From NCBI GenBank assembly GCA_003693705.1, contig RBZT01000338.1, positions 2,637-66,636 on the forward strand: a stretch of DNA of 64,000 nucleotides, in the 5' to 3' direction. The position numbers were made by a program, and so were the translations under genes. The notes beneath the pieces are model-generated. The model worked only from the letters and a program-made list of their open reading frames with translations. It was not told where the DNA came from and made no database searches. Source of the DNA: Polymyxa betae A26-41 (Eukaryota; Protista; Endomyxa: Phytomyxea). Positions 1-12,700 of this stretch are shown here, piece after piece. Position 1 is the stretch's first letter; every line of letters starts with the position of its first letter.

Positions 1-966
1 CCGATGGACATTGGATCAATTTCGGTGACGGCCCAGACCTGCCCGGGGTGGTGCCGGTCGTACCCTCTCCCGCTACGGAAACGTTGCTGGTCGATCTGGC
101 CCCGAACGAGCCCGTGGCGGCAGCGGCCGTCGTACCCGCCCCCAGTGTTGAAACGTTGCTGATCGATCTCGTTCCGAGCGAGCCCGTCGTCGCAGCGGCC
201 GTCGTACCGGTCCCGTCTGCGGAAATCCATCTCGAACCGAGCACGTCCGTATCAGCGAAGGACGTACCCGTCCCCGCTACTACGAAGACGTTTCTGAACG
301 TCGGCGAATTTCTTCAAGGTAACATAACCATTGTCGCCTGTTCATTACATCTTGATACTGCCGTGTATAATAGCACATCCGGAGTTTGATATTGAATCCG
401 TATTAAGTCCGCAGGCACGGCAGATATCTGCGCGATCCTCTATTGATCCTGGCTGGGAAGTAGTCCGTGATATTCCCGGTCTCGTACTGGACCATCTACG
501 GACACATTCCCATTCACTCCTACAGTATCTTCTGGGATCCATCACCGAATTTCCACCTCATCTCCGTCCCGATCTCTATAAATCTCTTCGGGCCTTTCAA
601 CACAATCCAAGCTGGCTCAAGTTCGTAGCCGACCTCCTGGCCGATTTCATCCAGAATGGGCTAGTACCATGGTTCCTGTCCACTCCGCATGGTAACGTAT
701 TCCAGGCCAACACGCTTACGTTGCTGTTGAACCATCTGGATGGTGATATCCTATCATGGACGTTACAGTGCGAGATTGCTGAAGGACGGATCGTCCCGAA
801 CCCTGACAGGATTTGCGCCTTCGTCCACAACACGCTCCAGTACGGCATAGACAGGTCGAAATTACGTGACGATGTTGCCATTCAGTTCTTTGCCGTACTG
901 GCTGCATATCCTCGACTGCCACACTTAGCTCAAGATCTCATTTACAGTCTGAAATCTGTTCTTTGA
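1..966 (+). CDS. 5'-truncated two-exon hypothetical protein: Pro/Ala/Val-rich ~24-aa repeats, then a helical domain
   Basis: ORFs 48-389 and 331-966 join through a GT-AG intron (caag|gtaac...aatag|caca); repeats TETLLVDLAPNEPVAAAAVVPAPS and VETLLIDLVPSEPVVAAAVVPVPS. Confidence 0.6.
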
Positions 967-1273
967 TCTGATCTATCTCATGATATTGGACTCTTTGTCT
1001 AATCCTTTCACCTCGTATTCCATCATTCATCTCTTTAACTCGGCACTTTATAATCCTTCCATAAAACTGTGCTTCAGTCGGATCCCTTTCTGTTCGTTTG
1101 ATAATTGATTCTTTCTTGGTCTGTTTGAGCAGCTTCTTAAATGCTTTTTGTGCTTGTTTGTTGGCTGCATAATGCATTTTCTGGCTTTGATCCGCAGTCG
1201 GATTGCTATTTATCGGCCGAGTCTCTGTGGCGGACTTTTCGTTTGACTCGTGTTGGATTCAGACCATTGACCA

Positions 1274-2292
1274 ATGACGTCGTTCTGGATCATACAGCCT
1301 GTCGCCTTTGTTCTGGTCGTCGCGACTGTCATTGCCGTCAGCCCAGATAACGATTCGGGCGTCTATCATACCTGCCTGGAATTAATCGCTGAACACGCGT
1401 CCTATGATTTCGTGTTGGCCGGCGTACTAGCCCGGGTATGTTCAGGCTATTGCGTGTTTGTCCTGTTATGGCGGATTTAATTCCGGGCTGGGTTGCCTCG
1501 GTCCATAGTATCTCTCATATGTACAAGGAGACAGAACGTGATCTGACCATAGAGATGTGTGAGCTCATACTGAACATGTTCCCATACAAATCTGTCACTG
1601 GCAGAGATATTCCATCCAGTGTCCTTCAGGTTGTAACGAGTCACATATCACTACCAGAGCGGCACAATCCCGACCGCAGACGGCTTCCGAAACCCTTCAA
1701 CTCGTTACAATCGGATCAGGCGTTACTAGTCAGTGATAATGTTACCGCTTCAGCGGCACTCTGGGCGAACCCGCAGCTTATTCAGGATCTGTTCTTCATG
1801 GGAGTACCCATTGGTCTGCATCAGATTAATTGGGCGGACTGCTTATACGAAGACATGGAGGCCGCGCTTCCATTTGTATATGGATCCACATACGGAGTCC
1901 ATAAAGCTATTGGAGAACTGATCCAAAATGGGTTTTGTAATCACGTTGCTTTATTGGTACATTCGGAACATTTCGTTCTCTACCACCACAGTGATCTTTT
2001 CAATGAAACGTTCAATATTGCGATCCAGCACGGCTTTCAGCTCCTGCTACATCTCTTAATGAGACTTGAGCTTAATGAAGGATGGCTGAATGAGGTGGAG
2101 ACAATGCCAGAAGGTCCTCTAATGGAAAGAGCTATCAGATGGGAATCCGTTGATTCAGTGCGTATTCTACTGCAATATCGGGACCGGATTCTTATGCAGT
2201 CAAGTTACCCAACTGCAGATGGACGAAATCCAGATCGAGATGAGATCCTTCATCTCTTAGAACAAGCTCTACACCATTGTGAGGATATATAA
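1274..2292 (+). CDS. Putative secreted protein with degenerate ankyrin-like repeats; possibly frameshifted
   Basis: Hydrophobic leader MTSFWIIQPVAFVLVVATVIA in ORF 1274-1480; ORF 1438-2292 has ankyrin-like FNIAIQHGFQLLLHLLM and LMERAIRWESVDSVRILLQY; I could not find a clean in-phase splice between the two. Confidence 0.45.
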
Positions 2293-4072
2293 ATCGGATA
2301 CTGCTCTCTATTGCAAAAGTAATTACTACTTGAAAACAGATGTCCGGAGAGTCAATCTGTGAACTCTTCGCACTTGTTTAAGATACGTTCAAATCCCAAA
2401 CGTCCGTAAAGTCCTTCGAATCAATTGTATAGTCATTGAGGATGCGCTGTCGAAAATCGGTGTTCGTTTCGCTTGTGGACTGCAGTTGCAGTAGCTACAG
2501 TTAGACGATGGCCTGCTACAGTATATTTTTTATCCTCTCAGAATACAGCAGAGGTAACTTGTTAGAAAGCCATTGAGCTTGAATGAGCTGTGGCGATGGA
2601 TGCCTTTGAATCAGGCGCGAATAATTGTAACTCCATTCGGAGCACAGCCACTATTAATAGATTCATGAATTAGTAGTATAAAGGCCTGTATTATTTCTAT
2701 GGAACGAAACTCGACCCTTCGGCAGCTTCGGCGGAATGAAGTCTCCCCCGAAACAAGCTTTGGTCACTCAATGTTCAGAATCTGACAAAATCCAACAAAT
2801 CCGTGATTAATTTTGTCGATCAATTCCAAAAAAATTTCCACAGGACGTGTCAGGCTTGATTCCGTTCCAATGACACTCGTTCGGACTGTCTTTGCTGTCT
2901 CCACCTGCATCGCGGTGGTCGTACCGCCCCGAACACCTCTTGCCAATTCGACCAGCAGCACCTATAAAACATATTCGATCTGATCGCGGACTATGATAGC
3001 AATGCCGCTTATAAAAATGCCAGATCAGTAGAGAATATTTTGATTGCAAAATCGCGCTTCGTATTATTGAACATAGTCAGTTAGGGTTAGGGTTGGTAAC
3101 TTATCAATTTCGGATAAAATTCCGCACTGAAAGTTGAATAGACAGCGACCCAGCTGCTAGCCACCTCAATGACAGAATTGGGGCCGTGTAACAACTGAAG
3201 CAATCATCACATGATTGCCAGACTGTGCTCAAACTGGACGATTCCGCAAGACACCTCGCATTCGGGACGAACTTCGCAGTCCGAAATCGGCATCTTGATG
3301 GGAAAAGCATCCGGTGTGGCGTTTACGATACGAAGACGATCTGAAAAGTTTGTGATGATTCTTGCTAACTTGAGCGATTCGATCCATTTGAGGTCGTATT
3401 GGCTGATGACGATCAGTTCGAAACCGTTGTGATCACTGACGGATTCAAGATCAGTAGATGCCCCATCCCACACCACAAGAACGCCGACCAAAACGATTCC
3501 AACAGTGACAGAGGTCAAGTCAAAAACAAGCGCTGATGTCGGTTCGCTGAAAATCACCTCAGCAGAATTTCTTCCAAAATCATGAATTAAGTTTGATGAT
3601 TCTCCTCATATTACACTCATCTTTCGATTCTGTTAAATTTGTTCTGAAACTTGTGCGGACTGCCTATCCTAGGCTTACAGTATGGGCAGTTTAAAAAAGG
3701 TTCACAGCCATTGGTTTTCGTCACATCTTGCACGGATGCGATGTAGTCTCGGGGCTCCAATCGCTCTCGGTAATGTACATCTGCGATGGCATGACTTCAA
3801 GGAAAACGGAACTAGGCTACCTGCTGCCCTTCGCGCTAATGCTGAAATGGGGATTCTCGATCCGGAATCTGCTGGAATGACGGATTTGATAAAAACCCTG
3901 CTATACTAGAAGCGTATTCCGCTCCCATTGCAAACCAGTTCCTCAATATATTGATCGTGATGTTGTCGGAGGCGGGCCTGTATACAGTCATTGATCGATC
4001 TGGATTCACGGGCGAGCGCGGCATCTGTGTTGAATTACTAAAATGGGACACTGGAATGAAGGAAGCAGTTGT

Positions 4073-4161
4073 GCCTCCTTAGCTCAGTCGGCAGAGCGTA
4101 GGTCTCATATCCAAACTCAAGAGTCATCCTGAGGTCGTGCGTTCGATCCGCACAGGGGGCA
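4073..4161 (+). tRNA. tRNA-Met(CAT), elongator type, 16-nt intron (4110-4125)
   Basis: Acceptor stem GCCTCCT/AGGGGGC, D arm GCTC..GAGC, anticodon CAT 4106-4108, U31:U39 pair, GTTCGATCC T loop, downstream T tract. Confidence 0.95.
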
Positions 4162-4881
4162 TTCTTTTTGCTTTCCAAACGCAATGCCTGGTCAAAGGCT
4201 TGGATCCCGAGAAACTATTGTCATCCCCGATTTCTTTTATCGGGGGTAATAAGAACCGACTTTAAAGGCTGTGTCATGTCTTACCAGAGGGGACGAATTT
4301 TGCTTAATCTGGGTTTGATACGGACAAATAATTTCAAAACGGAGAACAAATAGAAACATTCCCATATCCGTGTGATTTCCTTACATAATGGCCTGCTGTC
4401 TGATGCAGAAATAGACCTGGCGATTGGACATTCGGGCAATGCCAGATTGTTTTGAACAAAGCACAAACAAGAATTATTGAACGATTCGATGCTGTATTTA
4501 TCAGTGTCTATAGCGAGCGGCAATTGCTCTCACGCTCGGCGTCTCGTTCTTGCGGCAGGATTGGCCTGACACAACCCGCCTGTCAAACACTGCCTTCCGT
4601 TAGCAAATCAACTTGGCCTAACGAGCACATGAGCCACTGACAGCAATATTCCGATGAATACGTTGAAAACTCCAAGTAAAAAGTAAGCGAGACGAAAGAC
4701 AGATTTTCTGAATATAGTCCTGAATGCAACAGATCTCACAATGCATAATGCAGCAACAATACGGCTGAGGACATCATCAGATAAGTCGCCCAAGATCAGT
4801 CACGCAGTTTGCCCTCTGAGCGCAGCCCCTTGAATTACGTGACCCTATCGAAGATTGTCCAATCGTCATTCTGTAACAATC

Positions 4882-7839
4882 ATGTTGGTACTGTCGTTCG
4901 TACTGGCCCTCCTGCTGGTTACGGCGTCGTTCACATTGGAGCTTACAGACGAGATCGCGATCACTAAGATCGGCGCTTTACATCAGAAACTTTCCAATGC
5001 GGTCAGTCTTGATAAGGAGTCGCGAAATGCTATTCGCGATCTCATCCACTATCACGATCCGAAATCCTCATTCTTATCATTGTCGTACAAACATTCATCA
5101 TTGTCACTTATTCGTCAATATGACAGTCGCCTGATCAAGAATCTTCTCACATCCGAGAAATTTCATGAAGCTCAGTTCGGCGCCATTCTCATGGTAGTCT
5201 ATCCTTCAACATCATCCGATCTTGTTATAAATCTAATAGAGGCTGCTCAATTCCATGAATTCACTCCCAACTATCAGCTAATTATATCCCGCATGAAATC
5301 ATCTTCCCTCCGAAAATCAGTCTCCATCAAGATCTGCGACCGGTTTCTCTCGCAAGACGACTCCGTCATGGAATCGAACTTCAGCCGAGGAACTTCGATT
5401 CGTACTTGCTGGGACTCTTCAATTCAGGCTTTATCTGACTCATCAGTACGGCAACTCTCTATCAGCCTATCTCGGAAACTGTCTCCCTTCTGGTGGACCG
5501 AACTATTCGAACCTCTGATTCGTAATTTAATGATTAACTATGAAAATCAGATTGCTCCAGATGATGTCTCTGTATCTGCCCTTCTCAAAGCTCGTCGTCG
5601 TTTGCTGAAAACGTTTACCGGCGCTTTACATTCAACCTGCGATAACAAGGAGTATAGTAACGAAGCCGCGATTCGATGCTTGATGATCTTCAAAACGACG
5701 AAGGATTCGGTGTTCCCGCGCCTGATGGAATCCCAAGCTAACGATGCTTATTTCATGTTATGTTTCCTCCTGCCTTTTTGCTGTATTGTGAAATCTTGTC
5801 TATAGTCACATAGGAGCGCTATTCGGCACCAACATCCTTGAGCTGATGAAGGACCCTCCGCTGAAGAATCGAAGGGGTCGGCGGCTCGTGAATCTCACGA
5901 AGAGAAAGAGTTTCTTGCCGAGGTTTCTCCGACATATACCGAATGATCTCTGGCTGTTCAAGAGATTAACGCTTCATACATTGTAAGCTGCTATCAAATA
6001 GTCGTCATGGGATTTCTAAGATGGCTGCCAGGGCTGCTCAGGATCCACAACTTTTCAGGGATTGCTGGTCGAGATGGGAGCAACTCTTTCTTCAACCAGG
6101 GTCGCATTTCGTTTTTGCAAAGCGATTTTCTCTCAAAATTTCCAAATTGTGCTCATTTGCTCCAAATCTACGATTTCTTTATTGTTTTTCTAACGATTGA
6201 CGTCTTTGACAATCTGTGTGTCAGGTCTGCTATTACGGCGAATTCCTTTTCTCTTCCTTATAAAGTGTGGATGAATATTGCCGAATCACATCAATTTCTT
6301 ATGAAGAAGCCCTCAGTCCGCTATCACAAGTTTTTCTCGGCTTTTGAGACCGCGAAGGCGCAAATCGCTGCGGATTTTGTCGATATCGCCCATCTTCTCA
6401 GCAAACTGTAAGTTTTTCCTGAAATTTTACATTATCTAAGCGAACGGAATATGCAGAAATCTGAAACGACACTCAGGCTGATATCAAGTTCGTCTCGTTA
6501 TCGAATTCGGTCTTGTTATCGTGAGCAACGTTCGCTTGATGCATCCGCAGCTTCACATCTGCTAGAAATCTCTCACGACTCGGATCATTTCCATCATAAT
6601 CTACTGGATGTCGTTTTAGGCGCGCTTCCTGCCACTAACGAGCGAGACCTCGCGGAGATCTGCTTTGGTATCCTGACGCATCCGCTATTGGAGAATTCAC
6701 AGTTTACAATCGACCAGCTGTCTGCTGCCGCCGCCAGAATCCATCCCGAGGCCGACCTCATCAAAATCTTCTCTGTAGCCTCAAATCTTCCAGAGTTTGC
6801 CGCCCAGTTTACTTTGCAAATTTCGGAACGATTCAGCTGGGGCTTCTGTAAACGGATGCCGCATAGCTCTCGGCTTTCACTCCTTCCACAATTCCCGCAA
6901 TATACCATCTGTCAGATACGTTACCCAACGCTGATTCTGTTACATTAACCATGAGTTAGTCCTAGATCCAGTTCGCCATTTTCTACGTCCCGGACAGGAA
7001 CCGTCCATTCCCGAGCCGGACCTCAATAATCGAGACCTTTTCGATTCGTTACTCTCATATTCGGAAATCGATCAAGACCTGATTCTATCATGGATGACCT
7101 GTCTCATCACAAGTCCGCATTGGGCCAGCACGACCGATCAATTCCGGATTCTGCACGACGTTGTGGGTTCGTCACAGATCGATTCCGAGACCTATCGGGA
7201 GCTTCTGTGTCGGATTTTACGGCATTCGAAGTTTGCGGCCTATCTGGAGAGTCATGAGACTTGGTGGAATTCAGGCGGGTCTTTCCTGCAAACATGGTTC
7301 AGGGAATTGTCCGCTCAAGATCGCATCCCGATCCTGGACGAGTTCCCGCAGTACGGTCTCGGTAACATTGACACTGAAAAACCCGATAACGTTATTTATG
7401 ATGGGACTTAGTTCTAGACCCGATGCTGATATTTCACCAGCCTGGATATTACTTCATTGAAGAACACATTCAGTATGCGTGGTTTTATAACTGGCTGATG
7501 ACCGTACTGCCTTCTTTGAATCCGGACCAGCTCGTTGCAACCGCTATTCGAATGATTCAAACTCCGTTCTGGGATAATTCTTACGAATACGTCGATCTAT
7601 TCCAATCGATTACCACGCAGCTGGAAGCCGCATCTGGTTCCTGCGACCTCGCAGGTCTACTGATTGCCATCTTACAGAAAGAGGACGTCGTCTCTCAAGA
7701 CAAGGGCGGACGGATCGTTTGCCCTCTACGACCTTCTGTACATCGTTTATTCGATCAATTATCGGGAGAGCAGCAGAAATCCGTCTGTGATACCTGCCCC
7801 AATTATGCTTACGGTATTACCTCCATCATCACACATTAA
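4882..7839 (+). CDS. Multi-exon (~7) putative secreted alpha-helical repeat protein, candidate effector
   Basis: Signal-like MLVLSFVLALLLVTASFTL; ORFs 4855, 6007, 6451, 7094 and 7423 join in phase through short GT-AG introns; the last three exons encode similar modules. Confidence 0.7.
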
Positions 7840-8559
7840 TCATCTTAAAATCAGATAGATTTGCTGGCCAGAGTGAGACCTTTTAAAATCACACAAGATA
7901 ATCTTAAACGGGTAATTTTCTTTCCGTTTTGTTCGGAATTTCATTGAAAATTGTGCAGTTACGGAATTTCCTCACTGACGAATGTGCAATATGTTGTAAT
8001 CAAATGCTGGATGGGAATGGCGAACCCGTTCCTGTCGAAGGCATTGATAATGTAGCTGATTGTTTTTCGAAGCTAAATTCCCTGAGCTTGTGTGTAGGTG
8101 AAACTCGAAATCTGCTCCCTGCATTTCTGTGATCATTTTCTGCATTTGGATTGCTTGAAAGAGTTCAAATCGCACCGGGATGTAAACCGCTGTCCGGTTT
8201 GTCGAACGAATATTCGAGAACTTCATGGATCATTGTACTAGACATTAGCATCCTTGCTGCTCCCTCGCATTTTCATTGTCGAAAAATCTGTTCAACGCTG
8301 CTTGCTAAAACCATGCCAACAGCCTGGAGTTTTCTATTTCAATTTGACAACATCTGTTTACTTTGGCCGATTTCTGATAGCTGAGCTGGAAAATTTAAAG
8401 ATTTCATTCAATAAAATCATATGACCATAATGCTCACATCAAGATTTAATGTTTGAAAATCTTCTAGGCGAGCCATGAATGCACCGTGGAAGACATTCCA
8501 AGGCAAGGAACCCTATGATAGAGATTGTAAGAATTCGGCCTCAAAAACCCTGTAAAAAA

Positions 8560-10485
8560 CGTAGCGAGGTTGCGCCCACCTCACTTTGTGTGTGATTGTG
8601 TGCTCTCCTGAAGCCCTCCTGTCACTCTCTTGAAGCTCTCCTGAGGCCTTCCTGTCACTTTCCTGAAGCCCTCCTGAAGCCCCTTGTCACTCTCCTGAAG
8701 CCCTCCTGAAGCCCTCCTGTCACACTCCTGTCACTCTCCTGAAGCCCTCCTGAAGCCCTCCTGTCACACTCCTGTCACTCTCCTGAAGCCCTCCTGAAAC
8801 CTTCCTGTCACTCTCCTAAAGCTCTCCTGAACAAGACCCAGTCTATGTCCACTTCGATTTGCAACTTATGTCTGCCCAACCTGAATTCATTTCCAGCAAC
8901 GTGGATGAAGTTCTGGACGTTCCAGGCCTGATCTCGTCCGAGGCATGGCTTAATCGCTTCAGGGCTGCAAAAAAAAATTGCAGAAAATGCAGCTGGCAGT
9001 TGTGACGAAACCCCAATGGTTCCAATTCCAACCGCAAGAATTCGGTCTCGCGGGTTTCAAGACAGATGCATGTCGACGGATGGAAGCTCTCCTTCGATCC
9101 TAATCGAAGGATTATTTGATTTTATTCGTAAGGCTGATTGCAACATTAATCATTGGGGATACCGAAACTGTCCCCAATGATTTAACGCAACAATAACGGT
9201 CGTGAAGTGGCCAATAACAAGCTCAATGGAATTGCAGGCATCAAGCTGGCAAAAGTAGGAAAGTACCGGTACGTGTATATTCAGAAGCAGATCCAATTTC
9301 ATTTATTTATGTAACTTCAGGTTTAATATTGCCTTAATGTTCCGAGATCTATCACCAGCGTCGCTGAGTGATCAACATCGCCGTCACCTTCAGCGACTGG
9401 TTGATCGATCTTTGGAAGAGCGAGCCGCTAGCTCCCGGCAGGATATCCTACAACTAACAGTGGGGAGTTGAACAACCTGCGCGAGTTGAAGACTTTCGGG
9501 CTGCGTCTGCACGAAATTTGTATGACAGCCAAGAGGATGGGCACGATCCTTTTCTGGAAAGCATCTTCATCGTGGCCTATACTTTTGGAGGTAAAGTTCA
9601 GATGTCAGACTATGCTAATCTCAGTAATCTGTCTGCACAGTCTGCCACAAGTATTCTGGATTCAAATATCACGAGCCGATTTCTTGGATGGTTTTCAGCC
9701 ATGTTCGAGCTTGTGATGATTACCGATATTGACATGAGCATCGTTACAACGATGCGATGTCACGGTTTCGAACCCTTCGTCACAAAGTGATTCCTAACTA
9801 AACTTGTGGACCCTCAGGAGCTATCTGCCATGTTACTTTGCTGAGCAGTACCTGACTGGTGCTGCTGTAGGTCTTCCAAAACGCAGATTAGAATGATGGT
9901 TTGGAACAGATCCTGGATGGACCGTCAGCTGATATTGATTGTGACCTCGATGACGAACCTGCTGATGGTGAGAGGCTCCTGCTGCCGAAGTGGATGTTAC
10001 CGTGCCTGTCATCAGTGAACCTGAAGACATCCATGAGGCGGATTTGGCGTTCGACCAGCGGGCCGGGCTGCCTGTGCAATTCTCCTTTTTATCAGGTTTG
10101 TTTCAGTTTCATGCTCTTCGTTTTATATTCATTGCTGTTAGGTTCCCGGTTCACCAACTTGGCAGCTGCATCGTTAACGGCGCATGCACTGCTTTCAAGC
10201 GCTGGACAACCATCCAAGAACGGGTTTCTTTAAATTCCTGAACACTACAGGTTTTGCATTCTTTATTTTCTGCTTTGAGGGTTTTCATATTTTGTTTTGC
10301 ATTAAATGTTACCTGCTTTGAGAATTTTCATGTTAATTAAGGTTTTGGATTGTTTTGATTGTGTGTTCAACCCTAACGCTTACAGTGCTTAGGGGTCGGT
10401 TCAGGAGAGCTTCTAGAGAGCCTCAGAAGGATCAGGAGAGTGACATGAGGGCGGGCCAACTTTTGATGTAATTTAAGGAGCCCTA
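8560..10485 (+). mobile_element. Decayed hAT-like DNA transposon
   Basis: Inverted subterminal repeats; right terminus GGAGCCCTA identical to that of the hAT at 61198; frameshifted RFTNLAAASLTAHALLSSA...ERV resembles the hAT C-terminal dimerisation motif; left terminus not found. Confidence 0.6.
8605..8832 (+). repeat. 11-bp minisatellite (CTCCTGAAGCC / CTCCTGTCACT units), left subterminal array of a DNA transposon
   Basis: About 20 tandem 11-mers of two variants; a shorter inverted copy lies at ~10395-10455. Confidence 0.9.
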
Positions 10486-12700
10486 ATCCAGCACATTATG
10501 AACTAGAATCGACAGCGTCGTCGGTGACGAATTTGACAGTGCCATCGCGGCTCGCGCCGATCCTATTCAGTGCCTGGATCGCCTGCTGACAAAGTTGCAG
10601 CGATTGTGATATGCGATGAACGAGAACATTAAAGAGGATAATGAAGTGCTCTTAAGATGTATGGGATAGCTTCTGACTGAGCAGGTTGCGATCCCGAACG
10701 CGGTCAGATTCAGAATCAGTTCAGCATCGAAAGACTTCGATCACATTTTCGGCATGCCTGGTATCGTATTAAAACGATAAATAAAACAGATTGGGTCGTT
10801 AGTTTTCGCATGCTGTGAGGCAGATGTGTGTCTCAGGAGCAGAATATATGTAAAGAGATGGGTCAGCAGCGACAGGAAGTTCGAGACGAACGCTTCAGCG
10901 AACCAAGACTGAAATCGACCGTTCAAAGCGTTGCCCGTTTGGAATATGGATTCACCAGAGCAATCTGATACTACCATATCTTTTGATGCTGATTTGATAT
11001 CGTAGCATTCAATTGCAAGGAATAAACGCTTCGAATGCAATCATGAGGGTATCTTGATCGCTATCTGCCGGAAATTGGCCAATAACATACGCGCCTCGCT
11101 CTAGGCTCTCGTACTGGCCCGCTTCTGGTGTCGAATCGGTCAGCATACCCAAACATGAGCGCCTCTCTGGCACCCTTCATCTTTCTTCTCTTCGGCATCC
11201 GTGGGCTGCATTCTCCCGGATTTGTTCACTGGTCTTGATCGCCGTACTGGCTGCCATCGATATCTCTCTATGTTACTGGCACGCAACCTTGCTGACTGTA
11301 TATTTCCGAATGTGGAATTAAATCAACTCTATTCTCAGCATATGTTTGTGAAGATGCTGTTATGAAGTTAAAGCATATCCGTAATGGTCTCTTTAGGAGT
11401 ACGGAATTGACGATGCCTGGGTCAAGGATAATGACAATAGATATCTTCATCATCGCGATGCTGATGAGCTGGGGTTTGATAGAAAATTTTCATTTTTGTT
11501 GATGGGTGTTAATGTCAGTGATATTGTCATATACCGAAGAATCAGGTTTAAATGCAACACGATCAGGAATGTTAAGCACACACGTCCATAGCAAGATTTG
11601 ATAGGGCGTCTTTCCTAACGATCGACAATCAAGAGGTCGTCCCACTCAATCCGAACTTGGATTCAGTGCTGATATTACAGGGTCCAGATGCATTTGCCGC
11701 GCTGATAAGTTTCCATAGGCTGGATCCCTCAGTTATCAAACATCATCAATGAGGATACTTACAGAGTCATTGTGATGAAAAACGACCGGAGAAGATTGCC
11801 GCACATCTCCGCCCGATTTATGAACCCGTGATCAAAGTCCCAATAAAGTCCAAATCAGCTCTCACTGAATGTTAACATGTATTAGGGTTAGGGTTTGAGA
11901 TTACCACAGCGTACGGTAATGTGCTGGATCATTGGTTATGTCTGATAGAATCAGTTCCAATATGTTACTCAGAAGGGTGTGGCCCTCGAAGTTCTCAGTA
12001 ACAGGAGAGCCACGGACCTCTGGGTCTCTGTCCGGATTAGATGTTGTGTCGCTCACAATGCCAAAAGGCACCATAATGATACAATCCAATCCAATATGTA
12101 ATTGATGGTATATCGACAGACCCCGAATCTGTAGATTTCCATTCTATGACCCGGATACGGATCAGCCCGGACTCCATACTGATTTCATGTTATGACAGCT
12201 GTTGTATTTCAGTAAAAATAATCAAGTCATTTCATTTAGTGATTCCATCATCTCTCAAATATCGTCATTCTGATATAATAAGATCCCATCAATATCAAAA
12301 AATGTTGCGGATTTCACAGCTGATTCTTGTATTAAAAACCTGGCAGATTACTTGATCGCGGAGTTACGTTGGAATCGTACGTGTCATGAAACTCTCCTGC
12401 ATTTCAGGGCAGCCATGGTTAAAAAGAACCAATAGGAGAGAATCCGTCAACCCCCAAACCCTGATCCCTCTGTGAAAGAAGCTTACACAACCCCACAGCT
12501 TTGTTCCCCGTAGCTTCGTCTCCATACAAACTTTCTTGTCGAATCCCATCCACATAATGAGCGTTTCGTTCCGCACAGCATCCTTGATTATCTCATTTCT
12601 AAAAGATCATACAGGAAGCGATCATATTGTGAACGTTGTTGATTGCGGAATCGTCATTAGATGAGATAGCGACAAAAAACATGCGGGAACGGGACCTGGA

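Noticed and set aside
8605-8832. CRISPR-like array
   Set aside because: Contiguous 11-bp units with no unique spacers, no cas genes, and a eukaryotic context
10700-12600. Possible decayed multi-exon genes (also 2400-3600, 14400-15640, 21700-22700, 49500-51600)
   Set aside because: Scattered splice-like sites and short ORFs, but no coherent model or recognisable domain
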